Assembly: GCA_049515555.1 (NCBI GenBank)
Contig: JBEKTY010000067.1
Coordinates: 1-39,148 of the forward strand
Origin: Thermoguttaceae bacterium
GTDB lineage: Bacteria; Planctomycetota; Planctomycetia; Pirellulales; Thermoguttaceae
DNA length: 39,148 bases
Direction: 5' to 3'
This document shows, piece after piece, positions 34,601 to 39,148 of this stretch; position 1 is the first letter of the stretch, and every line of letters starts with the position of its first letter. The notes beneath the pieces are model-generated. The model was not told where the DNA came from, did no database searches, and saw only the letters and a list, made by a program, of their open reading frames with translations. A program made the translations under genes and the position numbers.

Positions 34601-35800
34601 GACCAGATCCCGCTGGGCGCCATGCGGGTCTGGTTCTCCCCGCAGTGGGGCATGAACATCGACTGGCTCATGCAAGAGCCCAACGCCGGCGCCAGCCTCA
34701 AGTATTGGCGGGCCCTTTGCAGCCGCCTCTTCCTGCTGGACGTGACCTCCTTCGCCCGCTGGGATTCGGCCGACCAGGCCGCCTGCTGGCTGGCGGCCCT
34801 GGATCTGTTCTGGCTGGATGATCCGACGCTCGTCTGGCACCCTTATTTCCGCAATCCCACAATCAATTCTACGGTGCGGCCCTCTACGCTCGTTTCCAGC
34901 TACACCGCGCGGGGCCGCGCGCTCGTGGTCGTCTCCAACCAGGCGGCCGACGACGTGGTGGAAAACGTGACCCTGGCCGATCTGGCCCCCTTCGGCGCCG
35001 GCGGACTGAGCCACTACTATGATGCGGAGACGGGCGAGGAAATCGAGCAGACCGGGGACTGTCCCAATTTTCGTCCGCCTGGGGACTGTCCCAATTTTCG
35101 TCCGACGAAAATGGGACTGTCCCCCTCGGCCGCCACACCCGCCGCCCTCCGCCTGCATGTGGCCGCCAACGATTTCCGCCTGGTGCTGGGGCTGGTGCGC
35201 CCGTGGCCCTTCGCCGCGAAGAATGCCCTGGCCATGCCGGACCTGCCCGCGCAATCATCGCTCGACGCCCGCCGCACCGTCACGGCCCTGTGCCGGCAAC
35301 TGCTGATCGCACCCAAGGTGACGGCCGTCGATGGCGGGCACCGCCTGACCGAAGCCTGGGTGCAAGGAATGCTCGCCCACTTCCACGCCCAGCCCGAGAA
35401 TTTCGTCTACCTCGACCACGCGGCTTGCGCCGCGATCGATTTGGGCGACAAGAGCATTCAGACGGCCCTGCTGTACGACAAGAAGCGCCAAGCGCTGCTG
35501 GCCGTTTATTTCAATCCCACGACGACCGACCGTTTATTGCGGGGCAACGTGCGCTCAGCACTCGACCGGCAGGTAAACCGCACCGCCTTCGGCTACGTGC
35601 TGGACCCGGTCCGCGGTACCTCGCAATGGAATGTGATCGACGTTCCGGCCGGCAGCGGAAGGCTGGAACTGCTGTACCCCGACTCCGACGACTATGGCCA
35701 TCTGCGGCGCGGCCCCTTCGCCCAAGGCACACTGTGGACCAACCTCCGCCAGGCGCTCGCGGCCAGGAAGAAGGAAATGCAATCTTCGTCCGGCAAGTAA
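31679..35800 (+). CDS. Large secreted protein of unknown function (~1370 aa)
   Basis: The ORF frame runs 31562-35800. ATGs at 31646 or 31679 are both possible. A signal peptide MILAPLLLLFTGALLPSAVPLSAA follows. No recognisable catalytic motif. It contains an in-frame repeat insertion at 35054-35125. Confidence 0.7.
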   Translation: MILAPLLLLFTGALLPSAVPLSAATPEPVAIAALPKLHSGVPAYPVPFMAVARTPHTIAPLPGRAIDIQTDFGYPAGFSGLVDAAIGSVGYPGYRNFSNLDIAYDAEKLCLLVCVPYPYGRKTRAQATEPSPELLADDVFEVLIDPRDEQGRSKGPLYRVVGNAAGVCRIDRDLPQIGQPHQAWQAAVKYGSMMWDPMGSWMAAVQIPFHDLGGAPKDGQVWGIQAALRYVDPKITAVLSPADDFTDRARFARLRFDAGRRANYRCHWLSADEIKQGTFCVGGIFSNGAHEPAWFDGRVTLQKGDRPLGGGTFAHAAQPLSKYDGDMEPCRFPSQASGPTQRDTVARLVVTDRQAATIVYDQFLPYWQMAPGERDWLKRHFAREFTFHAGPYPSRGAIDYRIDCQTLMEALPQAARAVVTVTSGGRQLARQEQPLPKDGKIAETINVGAMTDGATYEIAAAIVRSDSQPLSTQRETFTRKVMPFETAPPAGVADLVSPPFTPPKIGQDSIACIGRTYTHGRQGLLESLVAAGRELLAAPATLKVKVGDQAAVALAGDAPTLAAHGKGQAACRQTFAGAGLKMTVDGRFDYDGFYRFSVLLAPGAAAVDLKQCYLELPIRESHATLMDAPVEWMSKDWRRSTGFLPAAQGRLWDSKRFPFAVRERKGNMPPYCWIGDDDRGIGYSCASDQGMHNDDALPAVTIDREGRAVVLRAWFVNKPLTLGAPRTFQFALQASPYKPLDPQHRLWRCGVARPECCYGPSGRYFHSGWGIGCYYPTYGRFLDLDRNAEAIRRVRRSGYDFIAASASACSECGGTPEYQQFWREWGSALGWDKMPLGPLPEWMQKLMKDSGRPYTGYVAVESASNSAPSNLDYRAWWFQQVAANCDTSMIYQDNPPYGYFDQPAVGYGYTRDDGLREPTSATWNARTFMRRALHIAVESGTRNPAPGVYPNICGSAQAGRSFCFRGLIGEDLESDQIPLGAMRVWFSPQWGMNIDWLMQEPNAGASLKYWRALCSRLFLLDVTSFARWDSADQAACWLAALDLFWLDDPTLVWHPYFRNPTINSTVRPSTLVSSYTARGRALVVVSNQAADDVVENVTLADLAPFGAGGLSHYYDAETGEEIEQTGDCPNFRPPGDCPNFRPTKMGLSPSAATPAALRLHVAANDFRLVLGLVRPWPFAAKNALAMPDLPAQSSLDARRTVTALCRQLLIAPKVTAVDGGHRLTEAWVQGMLAHFHAQPENFVYLDHAACAAIDLGDKSIQTALLYDKKRQALLAVYFNPTTTDRLLRGNVRSALDRQVNRTAFGYVLDPVRGTSQWNVIDVPAGSGRLELLYPDSDDYGHLRRGPFAQGTLWTNLRQALAARKKEMQSSSGK
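35054..35125. repeat. Intragenic repeat: 24-bp unit ggggactgtcccaattttcgtccg twice in tandem plus an inverted partial copy (cgacgaaaatgggactgtcccc). The core gggactgtccc is itself palindromic
   Basis: Read directly. The in-frame translation is TGDCPNFRPPGDCPNFRPTKMGLSP. The local base composition differs from the surrounding CDS. Confidence 0.7.
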
Positions 35801-35810
35801 CTGTGTTTCA

Positions 35811-35966
35811 TGAGGACCGCACAGACTCTCCCGCTCCCTCCGGGAGAGGGTCGGGGTGAGGGGAACCTGCGTCGGCCACGAAAACTCGAAAGGCCGGGTC
35901 ATCACGTATTGCCCCTCACCCTAGCCCTCTCCCGGAGGGAGAGGGGACCGGGCACCCCAATTTGCA
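35811..35966. repeat. Family-B palindromic MITE-like element copy 2
   Basis: tgaggaccg...ctccctccgggagagggtcggggtgaggggaacctgcgtcggccacgaaaa...cccctcaccctagccctctcccggagggagaggggacc...ccaatttgca. It has the same termini and arms as the copy at 15848-16007. Confidence 0.8.
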
Positions 35967-35998
35967 AAACGCCAGCCACAACGACGGAGAACTTCCCA

Positions 35999-38900
35999 AT
36001 GACAAAAACCATCGCACACATGCTGACAGTATTTGCCATGGCCTTGCTCCTGGCCCCGCCGGTGCGGTCGGGCGCTACCCAGGAGCAACCCGCTGGGGCT
36101 GCGGCCAAGTACCGGGGCTGTCAACATTCAGGTTCCCTCTACATCTTGACCACGCCCGAGGGCGCGGATTTGCCGGCCACGGCCTCGGAAGAGGGCTTCC
36201 CGCTGCTGGTGCGGCTGACGAGCGACTTCTTCAATTTCAGCCAGGCCCAGGCCAACGGCGAGGACATTCGTTTCACCGGCGGCGGCGCGCCGCTGGCCTA
36301 TCAGATCGACGACTGGGATGCGGCCAGCGGAACCGCCAGCATCTGGGTCCGCGTGCCGAAGATCAAGGGCAACGCCCGGCAGGAGATAAGAATGTACTGG
36401 GGCCAGCCCGATGCGGTCAGTCGGTCCAGCGGAACCGCGGTGTTCAATGCGTCCAACGGATATCTCGGCGTCTGGCACATGAGCCAGCCGGTGAAGGATG
36501 AGGTTGGCAAGCTCGAATCGCACGATACGGGCACCACGTCTTCTGCCGGCATTATCGGCCAGAGTCGGCGCTTCGGCCCAGGCAAGGGGATCAACTGCGG
36601 CGAAGACATCACCACCCTTCCGCGCGGCTCCAGTCCTCATTCTTCCGAAGCCTGGTTCCGGGCCGAGAAGCCCAACGCCACCGTCCTGGCCTGGGGCAAC
36701 GAGCAGGGCCAGGGTAAAGTGGTGATGCAACTGGCCAGTCCGCCGCATATCAACATGGATTGCTATTTTTCAGGCGGAAACGTTGCCAGCACCAACAGGC
36801 TCCCCATTGCCCAATGGATTCATGTGGCCCACACCTACAAGCACGGCGATTCACGGATCTACGTGAATGGGGTTCTGGACGGCGTCCGCACGACCAAAGG
36901 CGCCCCGCTGGCCATCAAGAGCCCGGCCAGGATGTATATCGGCGGCTGGTACAACAACTACGGCTTCGTCGGCGACATCGACGAGGTGCGCATCTCAGAT
37001 GTCGCTCGCTCGCCCGACTGGGTGCGGCTGGAATACGAGAACCAGAAACCCCTGCAAACGCTGGCCGGGCCGCTGGTGCCCGCCGGCGCCGACTTCTCGG
37101 TCTCAGAGAAGAAAATGAACTTACTGGAAGGCGCCAGCACCAGCGTAACGGCCAAGGCCGGCGGTGCGCAGAAGGTCTATTGGATCCTGAAAAGAGGCTC
37201 GCGGGAACAAATCGCCGCCGTGGACCGGTTAAGTTTCACCTTTGACGCCGGCCGGGTGGCGGAAGACGAGTCGCTCACGATTCAACTCAAGGCGATTTGC
37301 GCCAACGAAATCAAGATTCGGAACATACCCGTCACCATCAAGAAGTCGATTCCTGATCCGGCGTTCACACTGCAAGCGCCTGCCAAGTGGGACGGACGGG
37401 AGTCGATCGAGCTTGTGCCGCAAATCGCCAATTTTAGGGAAATGCAGGCCAAGGGCGTCGGTGCGCTGAAGTATAACTGGACCGTTTCCGGCATGGCCGT
37501 GATAAAGGAAATTGCGCCCGGCAAGCTCCTGCTCAAGCGTGCGCAGAACAGCGGCACGCTCGTCGTGAAGCTGGGCCTCAGCAACGGCGGCACGGAGATT
37601 TCGCGCGCGGCCACGATAACGGTCAAGGAGCCTGCCAAGGATGCGTGGGTCGAGCGCACGCCGGACAAGGACGAGAAACCGGTCGACCATCAGTTCTACG
37701 CCCGCGACGACGGCAATGAAGGCACGCTGTACTACAACGGCTCGTTGTCCAACGCCGCCGACGCCGTCTTTCTGAAGGTCTATGCCGGCGACAAGCTTTT
37801 CAAGACCGAAAGCCGGAAACTCGCGGCGGACAAGACTTATGCGTTCTCGATCAAGCTCAAGCCGGGACTCATCAAGTACAAAGTGGAGTTCGGGACCACC
37901 ACGGGCGGCCGCGAGACGGTTCTGCATACGGTTGCCGACCTGGTGTGCGGGGATGCCTACCTGATTGACGGTCAATCCAACGCGCTGGCCGTGGATTGGG
38001 GGCCGGGCGAGCACCCCGACACAAGCCCGTGGATCCGAACTTTCGGTTCCCCGGGCGGGGATGCCGGCAAGGGCTGGGCCAATGCGGTCCGTCGCCATGG
38101 CCCATGCGAGATCGGCTATTGGGGCATGGACCTCGCCCGCCGCCTGCTGGAAAGCCGGAAGATGCCGATCTGCATCATCAACGGCGCGGTCGGAGGCACC
38201 TTGATCGAGATGCACCAGCGAAATCCCGCCAATCATACCGATCCGCAGACGATCTACGGACGCTTGTTGCGGCGGGTGGAACTGGCCCGGCTGACCCACG
38301 GCATTCGCGGCGCCTTCTGGCACCAGGGCGAGAACGACCAGGAAGCCCAGGGCGCCACCGGCGGCTACGGCTGGGAGAAGTACCAGCAGTATTTCGTAGA
38401 CATGTCGGCCGCCTGGAAAGAGGATTATCCCAATCTTCAGCGATACTACATCTTCCAGATCTGGCCCAACTCGTGCTCCATGGGCGGCCGCCCGTCCAGC
38501 GACAAGCTGCGCGACGAGCAGCGAACCTTGCCGCGCCTCTACTCCAATATGAGCATCATGTCCACGTTGGGCATCAAGCCTCCCGGGCCCTGCCATTTTC
38601 CTCCCGCCGGCTACGCCGAGATGGCCCGGTTGATAACCCCGCTCGTGGAGCGCGACAACTACGGAAAGGTCTTCCAGAACCCCATTACGCCTCCCGACCT
38701 GAAGAAGGCATACTATACCAGCGGCACGCGGAATGAGATTGCGCTGGAGTTCGACCAGCCCATGGCCTGGAACGACGCCCTGACCACTCAGTTCTACCTG
38801 GACGGCAAAGAGGGCCGGGTGGCCTCGGGCGCCGTCTCCGCAAACGTGGTCACGCTCAAGCTGCCCTCGTCGGCCGACGCGAAAACGATCACCTACCTTG

Positions 38901-39037
38901 TCGACAAGAAGTGGGACGATAAGAACCTGCTGTACGGCCGGAACGGCATCGCCGCGCTCACCTTCTGCGAGGCGGCAATCTCGCCCGCACAATCGGTTTC
39001 CCCTCTCCTTCCGGGAGAGGGGCAGGGGGTGGTCTGA
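35999..39037 (+). CDS. Secreted multidomain protein: N-terminal LamG/concanavalin-A-like (DUF2341-like) domain, Ig-like repeats, C-terminal sialate O-acetylesterase (SASA/DUF303, GQSN motif) domain
   Basis: The ORF frame runs 35810-39037. The ATG at 35999 gives a signal peptide MTKTIAHMLTVFAMALLLAPPVRSGA. The LamG-like block (IRMYWGQPDA...VWHMSQ) is present. The C-terminal YLIDGQSNALAV ... FWHQGEND pattern is typical of SASA-type carbohydrate esterases. Confidence 0.75.
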   Translation: MTKTIAHMLTVFAMALLLAPPVRSGATQEQPAGAAAKYRGCQHSGSLYILTTPEGADLPATASEEGFPLLVRLTSDFFNFSQAQANGEDIRFTGGGAPLAYQIDDWDAASGTASIWVRVPKIKGNARQEIRMYWGQPDAVSRSSGTAVFNASNGYLGVWHMSQPVKDEVGKLESHDTGTTSSAGIIGQSRRFGPGKGINCGEDITTLPRGSSPHSSEAWFRAEKPNATVLAWGNEQGQGKVVMQLASPPHINMDCYFSGGNVASTNRLPIAQWIHVAHTYKHGDSRIYVNGVLDGVRTTKGAPLAIKSPARMYIGGWYNNYGFVGDIDEVRISDVARSPDWVRLEYENQKPLQTLAGPLVPAGADFSVSEKKMNLLEGASTSVTAKAGGAQKVYWILKRGSREQIAAVDRLSFTFDAGRVAEDESLTIQLKAICANEIKIRNIPVTIKKSIPDPAFTLQAPAKWDGRESIELVPQIANFREMQAKGVGALKYNWTVSGMAVIKEIAPGKLLLKRAQNSGTLVVKLGLSNGGTEISRAATITVKEPAKDAWVERTPDKDEKPVDHQFYARDDGNEGTLYYNGSLSNAADAVFLKVYAGDKLFKTESRKLAADKTYAFSIKLKPGLIKYKVEFGTTTGGRETVLHTVADLVCGDAYLIDGQSNALAVDWGPGEHPDTSPWIRTFGSPGGDAGKGWANAVRRHGPCEIGYWGMDLARRLLESRKMPICIINGAVGGTLIEMHQRNPANHTDPQTIYGRLLRRVELARLTHGIRGAFWHQGENDQEAQGATGGYGWEKYQQYFVDMSAAWKEDYPNLQRYYIFQIWPNSCSMGGRPSSDKLRDEQRTLPRLYSNMSIMSTLGIKPPGPCHFPPAGYAEMARLITPLVERDNYGKVFQNPITPPDLKKAYYTSGTRNEIALEFDQPMAWNDALTTQFYLDGKEGRVASGAVSANVVTLKLPSSADAKTITYLVDKKWDDKNLLYGRNGIAALTFCEAAISPAQSVSPLLPGEGQGVV
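39003..39035. repeat. Partial family-B palindrome (cccctctccttccgggagaggggcagggggtgg) embedded in the last 11 codons of the CDS (…SPLLPGEGQGVV*)
   Basis: Read directly. It shares the ccctctcc-N-ggagaggg palindrome plus the gggg(g)tg motif with family B. Confidence 0.5.
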
Positions 39038-39094
39038 ATAAAACCCAATAATTTTGGCAAACTGGGCTTGTTAGGTTCTTTGAAATCTGTTGCG

Positions 39095-39148
39095 CTCCCT
39101 CGTGCATACGAACTGGAAACAAGTTCCAAAGCGAAGGAGCGCAACAGT
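39095..39148. other. AT-richer 3' flank with a 12-bp inverted repeat ctgttgcgctcc ... ggagcgcaacag enclosing an inner hairpin (gaact...agttc)
   Basis: Read directly. GC content drops sharply after the stop at 39037. This is a possible terminator or the edge of another element, truncated by the window end. Confidence 0.4.

Noticed and set aside
31442-35254. Long minus-strand ORFs (31442-33370, 33629-35254) opposite the 1370-aa secreted protein gene
   Set aside because: Antisense shadow ORFs. The plus-strand frame is continuous for 4.1 kb with a signal peptide.
37229-38992. 587-aa minus-strand ORF opposite the LamG/SASA gene
   Set aside because: Shadow ORF. Plus-strand domains (LamG, GQSN esterase) are recognisable.

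Overview
This is a high-GC (about 65-70%) window with weak or absent Shine-Dalgarno sites and many large secreted proteins. That pattern fits a Planctomycetota-like genome; the taxon is an inference from sequence character alone. I support about 25 protein-coding genes and no rRNA, tRNA or CRISPR.

Gene content, in order:
- 1-634: contig edge with extreme G/C homopolymer tracts and a structured leader.
- 635-2653: secreted alpha/beta hydrolase.
- 2667-8903: housekeeping/accessory block with a URO-D-family protein, Hsp20, a B12-binding radical SAM protein, and an overlapping L-serine dehydratase / ornithine-cyclodeaminase-family operon.
- 9315-11733: NfeD-flotillin operon.
- 11972-30231: glycan-degradation neighbourhood.
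  - 11972-18194: beta-helix proteins, an FGE/SUMF1 protein and an orphan sugar-binding lipoprotein.
  - 18467-23992: GH29 alpha-L-fucosidase, a URO-D-like hypothetical protein and a GH36 alpha-galactosidase.
  - 24376-30231: a five-gene esterase / PfkB kinase / class I aldolase / xylose-isomerase-like / UxaC-like isomerase operon.
- 35999-39037: LamG + sialate-O-acetylesterase multidomain protein.

What the gene calls do not explain is the repeat content. There are at least two families of long palindromic MITE/REP-like intergenic elements. Family A has 4 full copies and one 15-bp fragment; one full copy sits between 20-bp direct repeats. Family B has 2 full copies and one partial palindrome inside a CDS 3' end. 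There is also a 22-bp direct/inverted repeat cluster, an in-frame repeat insertion in a large gene, and several nested hairpins in divergent promoter regions.

The best candidate for an undescribed system is a compact, translationally coupled three-gene cassette at 30301-31614 on the minus strand, wedged between the sugar operon and a 1370-aa secreted protein:
- a protein whose N-terminus looks like an IS1595-type transposase zinc-ribbon + HTH module, with a non-DDE C-terminal domain;
- a 166-aa Cys/His-containing protein of unknown family;
- an overlapping lysine-rich 46-aa ORF.

All family names come from motif recognition by eye. No database searches were run.
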